NCBI GenBank assembly: GCA_030141605.1
Contig: JAQGDQ010001072.1
Span: forward strand, 1 to 64,000
Direction: 5' to 3'
From: Tubiluchus corallicola
Taxonomy: Eukaryota > Animalia > Priapulida
DNA: 64,000 bases
The notes under the pieces are model-generated. The model had not been told where the DNA came from and did no database searches. It saw only the letters and a program-made list of their open reading frames with translations. Positions 1 to 14,886 of the stretch are shown in pieces; the stretch's first letter is position 1, and every line of letters starts with the position of its first letter. Position numbers and translations under genes: made by a program.

Positions 1-23
1 TTAAAAATTAAGTAGCCACATAC

Positions 24-460
24 TGAGGGAGTGGATTATAATAAAGAGGGTAGATTGTCTGGGTTAGCTTTGCCGTTGATTGAAAGAAAGTTCGCTACTG
101 AGGTGGATTATAATAAAGAGGATAGATTGTCTGGGTCAGCTTTGCGATCCATTGAAAGAAAGTTCGCTACTGAGGTGGATTATAATCCACCTCAGTAGCG
201 AACTTTCTTTCAATGGATGGCAAAGCTAATCCAGACAATCTATCCTCTATTATAATCCACCTCAGTAGCGAACTTTCTTTCAATGGATCGCAAAGCTGAC
301 CCAGACAATCTATCCTCTTTATTATAATCCACCTCAGTAGCGAACTTTCTTTCAATGGATGGCAAAGCTAACCCAGACAATCTACCCTCTTTATTATAAT
401 CCACCTCAGTAGCGAACTTTCTTTCAATGGATGGCAAAGCTAACCCAGACAACCTATCCT
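24..460. repeat. ~75-bp minisatellite arranged as an inverted (head-to-head) array
   Basis: About 2 forward units at 24-182 and about 3.7 reverse-complement units at 183-460. The perfect palindromic centre is GGTGGATTA|TAATCCACC at 182/183. Confidence 0.9.
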
Positions 461-985
461 CGCCAATTGTAAAATGAATGTAGGACTTTATCTGTCTGAA
501 CCAACTAAAGGATCGTTCAGCAACTGCACAAATGAACTAAAAATTGCTGTAAAGGTGCCAATTTTGAAAAATGAGTTCAGGGGAGCGGTTGCGCCCTTTC
601 CTCCTCCATTAGATACACCACTATTCAAATCCATGGGGTTTTGTCAAAATATTGTTTAGTAAGTCGGCGACTCAGAATTGTGCTACAATACTGTAAACTC
701 GGAAGGTTAGTTATAGCAATTTGATTCAATTTTCTGTGCCTTAGTTGTAAATAATCAGTGTGAATTAGATACAATTTTGGATAAAGTACTAACTTCACCA
801 TTCAGGGGCCCCGCCCACACACTCGAGCCGAGGACGCTGTAATGAATTAATGAGCATCTAATGTGCAAGGAGTTTCTTGATAATGTCAAGGCAGTGAAAC
901 CATTCAGTCTGATGTCGTATATTTATGTTTCAATATTTTTTACATATTGTTTGTTTATCTGTTTTGTAAATTCAGTTTATCATCT

Positions 986-1326
<341 letters not shown>

Positions 1327-1568
1327 TTCAGGAAGGTACATGCAGTATGTCAGTCGGCATCTTGACTTGTAATAAAACATTAAATATTTGACACAGTTTT
1401 CAAATTACTAGTACACTTCACTGCGGGTAACGGCGGAGCCTCAAGCCCTTAACAGTTTTTAGGTGGGACTGGCGAAATACACAAAGCAAGGGGCGGCTCC
1501 TAGCTAAAATTACTGGGGGTGCTGCTTCAGAAAATTACATTCAGAAACGTTACATGACCTCCAAACAG

Positions 1569-2011
1569 TAGGGGTGAGCATCGAACGTTCGAGTTCGAAC
1601 ATTCGAATCGAATTCGAACGCTCGAATTCGATTCGAACGAGTTTTTTTAGTTCGAACTCGATTCGAATCCAAAACTATAGATTCGAATAAGTCAGCTCTT
1701 CAATCACATATGTTCTTTATCATTAAAACGATTGAAACATCATGCTGTTAGCATAATTTCGCTGTGATTTCTGCGCACAACTTTAAGCAAATTACTAGTG
1801 GTTTTATTGCAGAACAAAATCTAGTGTGATATGCTTGATCTTTGTAAGACTAATTTTTACTGGTGGTTCGAAAACTAGTTCGAAAATCGTTCAATCTCAA
1901 TTCGAATTCGGTTCGAATTCGAAACACTAAAGTTCGGTTCGATTCGAATTCGAAAGTCACAAATTCGGTTCGATTCGAATTCGCTTTCTGGTAGAGAATA
2001 CTCACCCCCTA
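1569..2011 (+). mobile_element. hAT-type MITE, family A (TTCGAA-rich subtermini)
   Basis: TIR TAGGGGTGAG...CTCACCCCCTA with a perfect 8-bp TSD CCAAACAG (1561-1568, 2012-2019). Confidence 0.9.
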
Positions 2012-2582
2012 CCAAACAGCAAACATGGGACGGACAACAACGCATTTTTTACTTCACAATCGCAAAAACAACTTTTCCGTTGTTACCATTCAGAATTAAA
2101 GCTACGAATATACTTCTTGTTGTTGCGTGTCCCTTGCTGAGATATTTGAATATTTCCGGAAAGCACAAGACATCAATTTTTGAGCTTTTGTACGGTAGAG
2201 GGCACCACAAACAATTTTCTATTTGGGCCCAGCACTTCTAAGCACCGGCCATGTTTACGCGTCATGAAAATTCGTCTAATTTCGGCAGATAGAATGGCGT
2301 TGTTGAGTAAAAAATAGGCTGTTGCACGCTGACCCTAACGATTTGCATGTACAAATTACACGTTATAGAGTCATAATAAAATATAGAGTCATAACACAAT
2401 TAAGCTGTTATGTATCACAGGAAATAATGCACAGTTGTCATTCCACTTGAGATGTGTTAAATTATATGAGAATAACTCAAAATTCATTATTTAGCGTTAT
2501 AATATTGCTTCCCGGTGACCTAGGATTTTAAAATGCAGCCACTAGTGTTTTAGTACTGTTTTATTATTATTAATATTATTAA

Positions 2583-2583
<1 letters not shown>

Positions 2584-2675
<92 letters not shown>

Positions 2676-2737
2676 TGGTAGTGGTAGTGGTAGCGGTAGC
2701 GGTAGCGGTAGCGGTAGCGGTAGCGGTAGCGGTAGTG

Positions 2738-2781
<44 letters not shown>
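2584..2781. repeat. compound (TAG)n microsatellite with GTGGTA/GCGGTA hexamer blocks
   Basis: Directly visible. Confidence 0.95.
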
Positions 2782-2782
<1 letters not shown>

Positions 2783-2919
2783 CTGCTTCTCAAATGTTTG
2801 GTAAAAAAGGAAATATATCCATTATACTATATAGTATGCCTACATGTATAGTGTCCATGTTTTTTGTTACTTAGTATGGACAAGAATCATTATCAGAATT
2901 ATGCCTGCAATTGTTCTAG

Positions 2920-4060
2920 AAGCCACGTTGTTCTCTCTGATACAAGTCAAGTTATTGTAGGTTATAACTTGTAAAAGTCATGTTGTTCTTTGTTATAAAT
3001 TTACAAGACACATTATTCCCTGTTATAGCTTCTACAAACAATGTCATTCTCTGTTGCGACTTCTACAGACTACAGATCACGTTATTTCCTGTTATAGCTT
3101 CCAAAAGTCATGTTATTCTTTGTTATAACTGCCACAAGCCACGTTATTCTCTCTTATAACTTCTACAAGTCATTTTAGTTCCTGTTATAACTTAACCATT
3201 TTTATTCTCTGCTGCAACTTCTACAGGTCGCGTTATTCTCTGTTAGAACTTCTGCAAAGTATGTTGTTCCCTGTTATAACTTTTATAACTTCTACAAGGC
3301 ATGCTATTTTCTGTTAAAACTTCTACGAGCCATGTTACTCTCTGTTGTAACTTCTACAAGACAAGTTATTCTCTGTGGCAACTTCTACAGACTGCAGGTC
3401 ACGTTATTCTCTGGTATAACTTCTACGGATCGCGTTTGTTCACTATTACAACTTCTGCAAGCCACGTTATTCCCTATTATAACTTTTATAAATCACTTTA
3501 TTCTTTTATTCTTTATTATAAGTTCTACAGGTCAGTTATTCTCTTTATAACTTCTACAGGTAACGTTTGTTCCCTATTCTAACTTGTACAGTACAACTCA
3601 CGATTGTTTCCTATTATAACTTCTACAAGTCACGTTATTCTCTATTATAACTTCTGCGGGTCACGTTATTCTCTATTATGACTTCTACGGGTCGCGTTGT
3701 TCTCTGTTGTGATTTCTACAAGTCACGTTGTTCTCTGTTACAATTTCTACAAGTCACGTTATTCTCTGTTATGACTTCTACAAGTCACGTTATTCACTAT
3801 TATGACTTCTACAAGTCACGTTATTCACTATTAAGATTTCAACAAGTCACGTTATTCAATATTATGACTTCTACAAGTCACGTTATTCACTATTATGATT
3901 TCAACAAGTCACGTTATTCTCTGTTATAACTTCTACAAGTCACGGTATTCTCTGTTGTAACTTCAACAAGTCACGTTATTCTCTGTTGTAACTTCAACAA
4001 GTCACGTTATTCTCTGTTGTAACTTCTACAAGTCACGTTATTCTCTGTTGTAACTTCTAA
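2920..4060. repeat. 32-bp minisatellite (ACTTCTACAAGTCACGTTATTCTCTGTTGTA-like), roughly 35 units
   Basis: Tandem periodicity of ~32 bp, degenerate at the left and near-identical at the right. Confidence 0.9.
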
Positions 4061-5160
4061 TTAATAGGTAATCACAGTATATAATTAAATATCGTAATTC
4101 TAGTAACTAACTGTAACTAAGCTACAACAATTGTGTGAATTAATACTATAATTAATAAAATGTTACTAAAACAGCATTACAAAATTTCAATAACGCCAGT
4201 AATTGAATTAGAAACATTTCTTACCGAACTGATTGGTTTTTGCATTTCTTTGTCTTCGGCAACAGTGGAGATAAAACTGTGATGATGTTACATGCGTCAC
4301 AACTCTTAAATGTAACACATTCAGCGCATGTCGCAGTCCGTAACCCTCTGCTTACGTCTGGGTGACCGTGACCGGTTCACGCGCCCCCAACTTCAGGCTT
4401 TTAAATTAAGCAAAATCGCTTCAAGCGGTCGTCTAGAGGCGGCGAATCGCGTCAGTGAATGTAGACCTACGATTGCACCTCTAACAACTTGATCTGAAAT
4501 TCGTTCATAACACACAAATTATTTTATAACCAATAAAAATTGTCTTTATTGCGATATCACCCATGCAAAAAAGTGTTGGGTTAAAGTGCGGGTTAAATGG
4601 TTCCGTTCCTAGTAGCTTCCGATTCCGTAGTTATTACTTGTAGTTGTAGTGCGTTACTGCCACCCCCCCCCCCCCACAGTGTCACTTGTCACCAGCTCTA
4701 AAGACTGCGCATGAGTGAACTTATAAAGAAGTGTGCGACACACATTAGTTCTTAAATAATGTTATGGGCCAGTGAATTGTGAACTGAATATAGGCCAGTA
4801 ACCCTGGGAAAATATTATTTTAATGATTTTTGCATATAAACATTGCAGTATATATTATACATGATTCATAAAAGACCCTTTTTAGCATTAAATTTTTTTG
4901 CGTTTTTCTCCGGTACATTAGAAAGTCTTGCATAAAAAGTTAAAATAATAAGCATTCATACATGCACTAACACTCGGACCTTGTCAGTTTCCCGTGATTC
5001 AGGTGCCTAGAGGTCTAAATATTGTTTTCAACGCGCGACATCTGAGTCAAAGGTCAACTAATTTCGGCTCAACCTGCGCCTCGCAATTCACTTCAATCAG
5101 CGTTTCATTTGGTGGGTCACCTGCTACTGGAAATCAGAACTTGTCACATTTTGACCCTCA

Positions 5161-6310
<1,150 letters not shown>

Positions 6311-7089
6311 ATTATTATTATTGTTAAATTTTGTACAGATGAGCTAACCTAAGATTGCAATTGTGTAAAATCTGCGAAATAAATTATATAGAATTACAAG
6401 CCACTGTTACTCGTCATCAAAAAATTTCCCTCCCCGAAGCCACTGTATAGATTTCTGGTCCGTCCCACCCTTGGCCTTAATTCTTTGATTTACTAGAACT
6501 GGACCCTCTGCCGAACTCTCTGACCTTGGTCTGTGTACAGAGTAACAAACTTTTTAAAAACTTTTTTTGAAAGATAATTTTAATGCACGTGTAAATATCT
6601 TTGACTGTTTTTGCCTATATCCATAATATTTTAACTTATTTGCAAAACTTATATCTGTGCTGCATATACTTTTTATCTTGCTTTCATTGTTTAAACTTCT
6701 TGTAAATATTTTTAATATTTTTTTATAAAAGTTAAGTATGAAATAAATAAATAACTGCGTATCAAAAACTACAGAATCTGCGTAAGAAACACGTTAGAGG
6801 AAATGCTGACAAAGAAAAAAATCAAGACTCTCCCGCTGATTGAAGTCGTCAATTGAGGAACGTGGTTACAGTTCAGATAAGTCAAGTACCCCTTTTATGC
6901 GCATCGTCTGTCAGACTGTTATGCAGACCTATAATTGCAAAAACCTAAATACGCCTGCGGTGAAGATTAAAACTAAAATAGACCCAGGCCAAATTGAAAT
7001 TATGTATGATAGTAACGGTTAACTCTCTTAACTCCTGACGCTACCACGCAGGGAGATCGCAATGCTCTTGATCAAGATGTTAAATCCAC

Positions 7090-8210
7090 ATCAAAAATTA
7101 TAGAAATTGGACAGCAATCTATGGCATATTTGTATGAAACTGGGTCGCAAAGAGAGAGCAAGTTTTGATCAAATTGTTAAATCGGTCTCAAAAATTACAG
7201 GAATTGAACAGCAGTTTATGGCATATTTGTATAAAACTAGGGTCAATCAATCAATCAATTTATTTCATTCCAGCAATACATATACAATACATTAACATAC
7301 AATAATATTGAAACAAAAAGAAACAGCATAGGTTAAAAAAAGTTGATGAAGTCAAATTAACCAAATAAAAGAGTTGCTGTATGACAGCTTGAAAGCTTGG
7401 CTTGTTAAGGTGGCACAAATGAGTGAATGAAAGAATGGTTAGGGTGAGTAGACATGATGGAATGGAAAAATAGTAAGATTAGGGATAGGAAAAAGGAAGA
7501 GAGGCGAAGATGAGCGAATGAAAGAATGGTTAGGGTTAATAGACATGATGGAATGGAAAAAATAGTAAGATTAGGGATAGGAAGAAGGGAGAGAGGAGAG
7601 GATGAGCGAATGAAAGAATGGTTAGGGTTAGTAGACATGATGGAATGGAAAAATAGCAAGATTAAGGATAGGAAGAAGGAAGAGAGGAGAGGATGAGTGA
7701 CTGAAAGAATGGTTAGGGTTAGTAGACATGATGGAAAAGAAAAAAAATAGTAAATAGGGTTTAACTGCAAGCTAGAAGCCCAGGAGTTAAGTGGTTCTTT
7801 CATAGCAATGACTTGTGAACATTCATGTACAGAAAAACTATAATGGGAAAACCAATGTAGGCTTTAAGAACTGGGTCGCAAAGAGAGAACAAGTTATCAT
7901 GAAAGATGAATTCCATCCAGGTAATAAATATTTTGAAATGCTGCCCTCTGGTCGTAGATTCCACTCCATTAACGCTAAAACCACAAGAACTTTAAATTCT
8001 TTCCACCCCGTTGCAATTCACACCATCAAGAGTAAATTTCAGTAAATCTCCAATATTAATTCTTTATGTCACTGTACAACTGATTGAATTATTTGTGTTA
8101 GTCTCCTTGTTGTTTCCATAAGTTATTGCAGTACGTAAAACCACATAAATTTCATTGCATGTGTTATGCTATGATGACAAAGAATTGCTTACTTACTTAC
8201 TGACTTACTT
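7090..8210 (+). mobile_element. Rex1/Babar-like LINE 3' fragment interrupted by a second insertion (7245-7868)
   Basis: The peptide ...FDQIVKSVSKITG...HPGNKYFEMLPSGRRFHSINAKTTRTLNSFHPVAI matches the Rex1-type RT C-terminus, and an (ACTT)n tail lies at ~8190-8210. The insert is bounded by AACT(A)GGGTC duplicates, starts with (CAAT)n and carries ~4 copies of an ~89-bp repeat (7420-7750). Confidence 0.7.
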
Positions 8211-8496
8211 AAGCCCCTTGGCGCTCGTGTAATTGTGACTCAAGACACGTGCCACTTCAACCAGGTAACCCAGAAAATCTGTGAAATTAATAACTTTACG
8301 TGACAGGTCAAACGAAACATGGATTTAACAAACAATCACTTTCATTTATTGCAGTCACTGCGCTTATTATACATCGTTTAGTTCTGCTGGAAAAACTACC
8401 TAAAGATTAACCTACTTATAGTGAATCAGAGCGTTGGTAAAGAGTTAAATCACTGGTTTGAAATTTATTAAATTTAACTTAAATTGTCGCATCAGT

Positions 8497-8535
8497 ATGA
8501 AAAAGTTGAATATTGTTTTAGTAATAGTGCTTCTG
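8497..8535 (+). CDS. secreted Gly/Pro-rich protein, coding exon 1 (signal peptide MKKLNIVLVIVLL)
   Basis: ATG, a basic-then-hydrophobic stretch, and a canonical GTGAGT donor in phase 0. It joins exon 2 to complete the signal peptide ...VLADQAWS. Confidence 0.7.
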
Positions 8536-8634
8536 GTGAGTATTATATGTTATTACTTTTTTTATTTAAGTTCATTTATTTCCACTCTACATCTAACAGT
8601 TATAATAAAAAAAACAGATAATTTCACTGAAGGA

Positions 8635-11600
8635 AATATAAATATAAATGCAATATTATCCAGAAATTACAAAAGAGATTCATATGCAGCATATACACGG
8701 GCAAATTACATTACAGAGTAATTTTGATGCATACAGTTTGAGCCTAAAAGCATAGCTTCACAGGCCAAACTGTACGTGGAAATCTTGAAGAAATGATTAA
8801 TAATCTAAAGTACCAGTGTAACATTTACCGTTCAAAAACGTCAGTTACACGATATCTGTTTGCTTCTTATATAAACTAGTCTTGATAACCACCTACTGTT
8901 CCTGTGTGACACAACAGTCTGTGTTCTTTTTGAGTAGAATCCAGAGTGCTTTGTCATCTCATGAGCTGAATCCCCTCACAAGCCTGTCTTTCTATCATTG
9001 GCTATTCGTGCCCATTATTTGAAACTACTACATATAATAATCCTAATTACTAAATAATTGTATTGTTTTGTTTAGATTTAGGTATCTAACTTTATTATTT
9101 TTTCTTTTCAGTTCTTTTTGGATAATTTGTATCATTTATACTGTTATTATTATTATTTTTTATCTGTTTTTGTTATCTGCAGCATCACCGTAAAATTTTT
9201 AATATACGAATCTATTTATAAGAAAGGGCAGGAGACTAGATGACCCCACGGTCGTTCCTTGCCCTGCTCCATGATTATAATTACTTAATATTTAGCAAAC
9301 TTTTCCTGTTAAACTAATTGGAGAAAATAAATGTTCTATGTCTATTATCTTTTTGAACATTCGTTTATCCATCACTTCTAACCTTGCTTTGCACATCTTT
9401 TGTTAAACTGCCTAAAACCCCCAGTTTTTTTGTTCTTTTTTTCTCAATTATTATCTGCAGCACGTAGCAAGTGTTATTTCTACTTCTTGCCATTTATTAT
9501 ATGTATGCTGTCATATCAAAATATAATCATTATTAACATCTATTTTTCTCAGTGTTCTAGATATTGTACTTGCATTTCCAAATGAATTTATTATTATCTT
9601 ATTATGTTACGTATTGGTCTACACTGCAGCCTTTTTAATACAACGATTGTCACGGCGCATGCGTAGGTATCTAGTAGAGGTGAGCATTTGTGCTGACGCA
9701 ATCAGAATAATCACGTGACAGGAGACGAGTGTAAAAGGGGGGACAATGGTTGTTTAGATTACTTATAAAGTTTTTCGTTAGCGTCTTTGTTTGTGAAATT
9801 GTCTTAGAAGTTTTTGTTTCACACTGCAGGTTGTGTAATACTATTAAAAATGCCAACTCGCTGTCCATATTTCAAAAAAATTATAAATTAAACTTACTTG
9901 AAACATATAACTGATCACTCAATCAGGATTCGTTGTTTTTCATTCTTAAAAACTTCCCCTCTAGTATAATAATACTTTTATTACTTCCCACCCGTATTTA
10001 TATCTGTACATATTATAATATTGCATCTGTATACATTGTATTTTTTTCGTAACTAATTCTAGTGGAATACCATAAGCTAGCTTCTTAGGTCTCTAGCGCA
10101 GAATTCATGAATTTTATCATAATTTTGTATTAACAAAAACTGATTATCGATGCACATGTAATGTATATGTTTATTGCGAAATAAATCTATAAAAATATAA
10201 TCTAATCTAAATACAGAAGATATCAATTAACAAATTTTTGTGGCAAGTTTCGACTGTTTACGATTTTCGACATTTACAAGTAAATTATTGATAATTCGCT
10301 CTGAAGCTTGTGCGAAGTGACAGGGCATCGGAACAGCATTTTCTTTTAAAAAACGAATTCGGATCAAATCGAATTTTTGACTTTCGAACTCGAATCAAGC
10401 CGAATTTTAAGGTTTCGCATGCCAAATTTCGAATTCACTTCTAAACATTTTCAGATAAATTTTCGAATCGTAAATATAAACTGCTTTCACAAGGATATCG
10501 TGCATGTGTACACATATACTAAAACTAGGCAAGTTTTTAAATATAAATATAAATGCAATATTATCCAGAAATTACAAAAGAGATTCATATGCAGCATATA
10601 CACGGGCAAATTACATTACAGAGTAATTTTGATGCATACAGTTTGAGCCTAAAAGCATAGCTTCACAGGCCAAACTGTACGTGGAAATCTTGAAGAAATG
10701 ATCAATAATCTAAAGTACCAGTGTAACATTTACCGTTTAAAAACGTCAGTTACACGATATCTGTTTGCTTCTTATATAAGCTAGTCTTGATAACCACCTA
10801 CTGTTCCTGTGTGACACAACAGTCTGTGTTCTTTTTTAGTAGAATCCAGAGTGCTTTGTCACCTCATGAGCTGAATCCCCTCACAAGCCTGTCTTTCTAT
10901 CATTGGCTATTCGTGCCCATTATTTGAAACTACTACATATAATAATCCTAATTACTAAATAATTGTATTGTTTTGTTTAGATTTAGGTATCTAACTTTAT
11001 TATTTTTTCTTTTCAGTTCTTTTTGGATAATTTGTATCATTTATACTGTTATTATTATTATTTTTTATCTGTTTTTGTTATCTGCAGCATCACCGTAAAA
11101 TTTTTAATATACGAATCTATTTATAAGAAAGGGCAGGAGACTAGATGACCCCACGGTCGTTCCTTGCCCTGCTCCATGATTATAATTACTTAATATTTAG
11201 CAAACTTTTCCTGTTAAACTAATTGGAGAAAATAAATGTTCTATGTCTATTATCTTTTTGAACATTCGTTTATCCATCACTTCTAACCTTGCTTTGAACA
11301 TCTTTTGTTAAACTGCCTAAAACCCCCAGTTTTTTTGTTCTTTTTTTCTCAATTATTATCTGCACGCATTTACAATGGTGTAAGCACGTAGCAAGTTTTA
11401 TTTCTACTTCTTGCCATTTATTATATGTATGCTGTCATATCAAAATATAATCATTATTAACATCTATTTTTCTCAGTGTTCTAGATATTGTACTTGCATT
11501 TCCAAATGAATTTATTATTATCTTATTATGTTACGTATTGGTCTACACTGCAGCCTTTTTAATACAACGATTGTCACGGCGCATGCGTAGGTATCTAGTA

Positions 11601-12411
11601 GAGGTGAGCATTTGTGCTGACGCAATCAGAATAATCACGTGACAGGAGACGAGTGTAAAAGGGGGGACAATGGTTGTTTAGATTACTTATAAAGTTTTTC
11701 GTTAGCGTCTTTGTTTGTGAAATTGTCTTAGAAGTTTTTGTTTCACACTGCAGGTTGTGTAATACTATTAAAAATGCCAACTCAATCAGGATTCGTTGTT
11801 TTTCATTCTTAAAAACTTCCCCTCTAGTATAATAATACTTTTATTACTTCCCACCCGTATTTATATCTGTACATATTATAATACTGTATCTGTATACATT
11901 GTAATTTTTTCGTAACTAATTCTAGTGGAATACCATAAGCTAGCTTCTTAGGTCTCTAGCGCAGAGTTCATGAATTTTATCATAATTTTGTATTAACAAA
12001 AACTGATTATCGATGCACATGTAATGTATATGTTTATTGCGAAATAAATCTATAACAATATAATCTAATCTAAATACAGAAGATATCAATTAACAAATTT
12101 TTGTGGCAAGTTTCGACTGTTTACGATTTTCGACATTTCCAAGTAAATTATTGATAATTCGCTCTGAAGCTTGTGCGAAGTGACAGGGCATCGGAACAGC
12201 ATTTTCTTTTAAAAAACGAATTCGAATCAAATCGAATTTTTTACTTTCGAACTCGAATCAAGCCGAATTTTAAGGTTTCGCATGCCAAATCGTATTCGAA
12301 TTCACTTCTAAACATTTTCAGATAAATTTTCGAATCGTAAATATAAACTGCTTTCACAAGGATATCGTGCATGTGTACACATATACTAAAACTAGGCAAG
12401 TTTTTAAATAA
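8635..12411. repeat. ~1.9-kb tandem duplication (8635-10540 / 10541-12411) in intron 1
   Basis: Two near-identical copies differing by a few SNPs and indels. Each contains LINE 3' remnants and a fragment of hAT MITE family A. Confidence 0.95.
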
Positions 12412-12714
12412 AAATTCACATTTTAAATTTAAATTAAATGTGTTCACGTACGAGTTGCCGAACGTGTGCTGTTCGTCACAAACTAGCACATCTGAACTGA
12501 GCGGTACAGCACCTGTTTTTTGTGCCCAGCATTTCCGAAACGCAGGAAGTAGTGTCCGCCTAACTAGCGAATGGCGAAATGCACGTAACAGTGAAGAACT
12601 AGTGGCACGAACCTGAAATTGTGTTTGTGTGGTCATAACTCTTTCACGTAAGTCATTTTTGAAAAAGCAGCAGATTGATTTGACGTACAGTTTAAGGAGG
12701 GGTCCGGTTTTGCT
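12380..12714 (+). mobile_element. Kolobok-like non-autonomous element, family K2, right part
   Basis: Similar to 16520-16945 and 35185-35654; ends GTCCGGTTTTGCT followed by TTAA. Confidence 0.6.
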
Positions 12715-12857
12715 TTAACTTTTTCCCTTTGTCACTGAGCCCAAATTATCTCATTTTTAGGCCAGTTCTCAAAATGTGTCTTAGGACCAAAAGACCCTTA
12801 ATCCAGCACTGGATAACTATACTTAATCCAGCACTGGATAACTATACTATTATACAG

Positions 12858-13044
12858 GTATTAGCTGACCAAGCTTGGAGCAAGGGGAACAAAGGACGAA
12901 AAAGAGGAAGACCTAAGACTTTTGGAATGAGCTCGATGTATGCGCCATCTAGTGGGATTTTTCCAGCACAGAGACTGCCGCAAAGTACCAATTTAATGAC
13001 AGGACATGATAACGGTGATGGTTACGGTCAAGCATTTAATCTAG
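12858..13044 (+). CDS. secreted Gly/Pro-rich protein, coding exon 2
   Basis: TATACAG acceptor, open frame VLADQAWSKGNKGRKRGRPK...GYGQAFNL, and a GTAAAT donor in phase 1. Confidence 0.75.
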
Positions 13045-14886
13045 GTAAATCAGATCCTTGTGTTATATTACTCACCATAGGCGATGTCTGCAACAACAGT
13101 GTTATCATTATCATCGCTATTAGCATTCTAGGCACAAAAATTTCATTTTCATTATATCATGCCCTACTTTACAATGTGAACCTGCCTTAACGTCCAATAT
13201 TCTTGGCAAAGACATAATGTATTAATCCACCTCGTTAGAACGCCATACTCGCTCAACGCTCACTCTTTTACAGTACCAATTGCCAAAGTAGATGGTACAT
13301 TCAAACCTCTTTTAATTATTATTAAAATTAATAGCTCTTCTGCTTGGAAGAGGTTGCAAATCATTTAAATACAGGATAGGTATAACTGATTCAGATCTGT
13401 GTGTTTGTGGTTTAGGCAGTCAAACCCCAGAACGTTTAATTTTTCATTGTCTGTTACCATTTGTTAGACAAGATATAAGAGTGAATCTCGAACGCAGCTT
13501 AGAAAATAATGACATTCGAAACATTTACAGAAAGTGAGAGACTAATGTAATTAAATTGCGTATAGATATTGTAAAAGAACTAATCCAAAATGATCTTATA
13601 GTAAATTGATTATACATTGATTATAAATATTGGATATATATTTAGAATAAGTAAATCGTAATGTAAAATTGTCAACTTGTTTAGTAAGAAATTTTTTAAT
13701 GTACATAGTGTAAAAACTTAAACTTATTTAACATTTTTGTACCTTTGTGCCCTGCAAATAGAGGGCTTCTTGTATAATTTTCAATAAAGATTTTTAATAA
13801 TTATAATAAAAGCTATTTATAACGCCCCCCTGGTTATAATACCAACCTCGCTTAGTACCCAAATTTTTGGCAAGAGAAAATATCTATATTTTCATAAACA
13901 TGTATAAATAAAGCACAAGAGCCATTTGATTCTTAATTTTGTAGTTAATTAAGTTGCTGTGTTGTTATTTGTTGTTAATATTAATTTTTATTTGTTTGAA
14001 CTCCGCGCCAAATTTAGCAATGTTGTTGACGGACTGTATAATTTTTATTATTTTCAATTAAATACGACTGCTATGTATTAATGCAGCTCATTACAATGTC
14101 AAATTTGCCACAACCCCAACGTTTTTTTTGCAGTCCCAAAACAGGCGGTATTGTTTTCTTTCTCTCGGAAGGCTCGTAGAGAAAAGCAGAAAACACGTCG
14201 TCAAATTAAACTAGTTTATCATGCGATGAATTCTAACCAAAAACGTATTTTTAATCTTATTGACAAGATACAGTAAGTTTAAATGGCTGCGTCTAAAGGT
14301 CATCTAACGGAAGTTTAAATATTCATGTTTTAAACAGCGTTACTGCTGACGCAAGTCTAATATGCAAAAAGGCAGCATGTAAGTGATATAAAATTCAAGA
14401 CGAATTTTTAAGCTTTATCTAGGTGGAGGGCTTTCTTGTGCCTTAAAGTTAAAATAAGTTTCATGTTGTTGTATTTTGTTTCTCTTGGAAGGCTCGTAGA
14501 GAAAACCAGAAAACACTTCGTCAAATTAAACTAGTTGATTATGCGAGAATTCTACAACACAAAAGTGTGAAGGAACACGAAATATTTACAGTAAATGTGA
14601 AAATCTGGAAACGTGAAAACGAGAAAGCGTATCTGAGAATCTGAGAATAAACTCCAGTGGTCAGCTCCGCCTTATATATCAGTGCAAATGACAAAAACCA
14701 GAACAATCTAGAAACTACTACGCGCATCGCGTATAGAAAGTTCTCGAATCTTCTACAAGGTAAGAAGATTGTTCTACTATACTGTAGAATATTCCAGATC
14801 TCCACAACAGGTATAAAAATGTTTGGCTGGTAGATAATGGTTAAAATCTATCAAAATGTTTAATGTGTTGTGATCAAATTTCCTAG

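Noticed and set aside
9649-10322. Possible solo LTR (TGTCAC...GTGACA) interrupted by a LINE 3' end
   Set aside because: The termini fit, but there is no target-site duplication, PBS or PPT, so support is insufficient.
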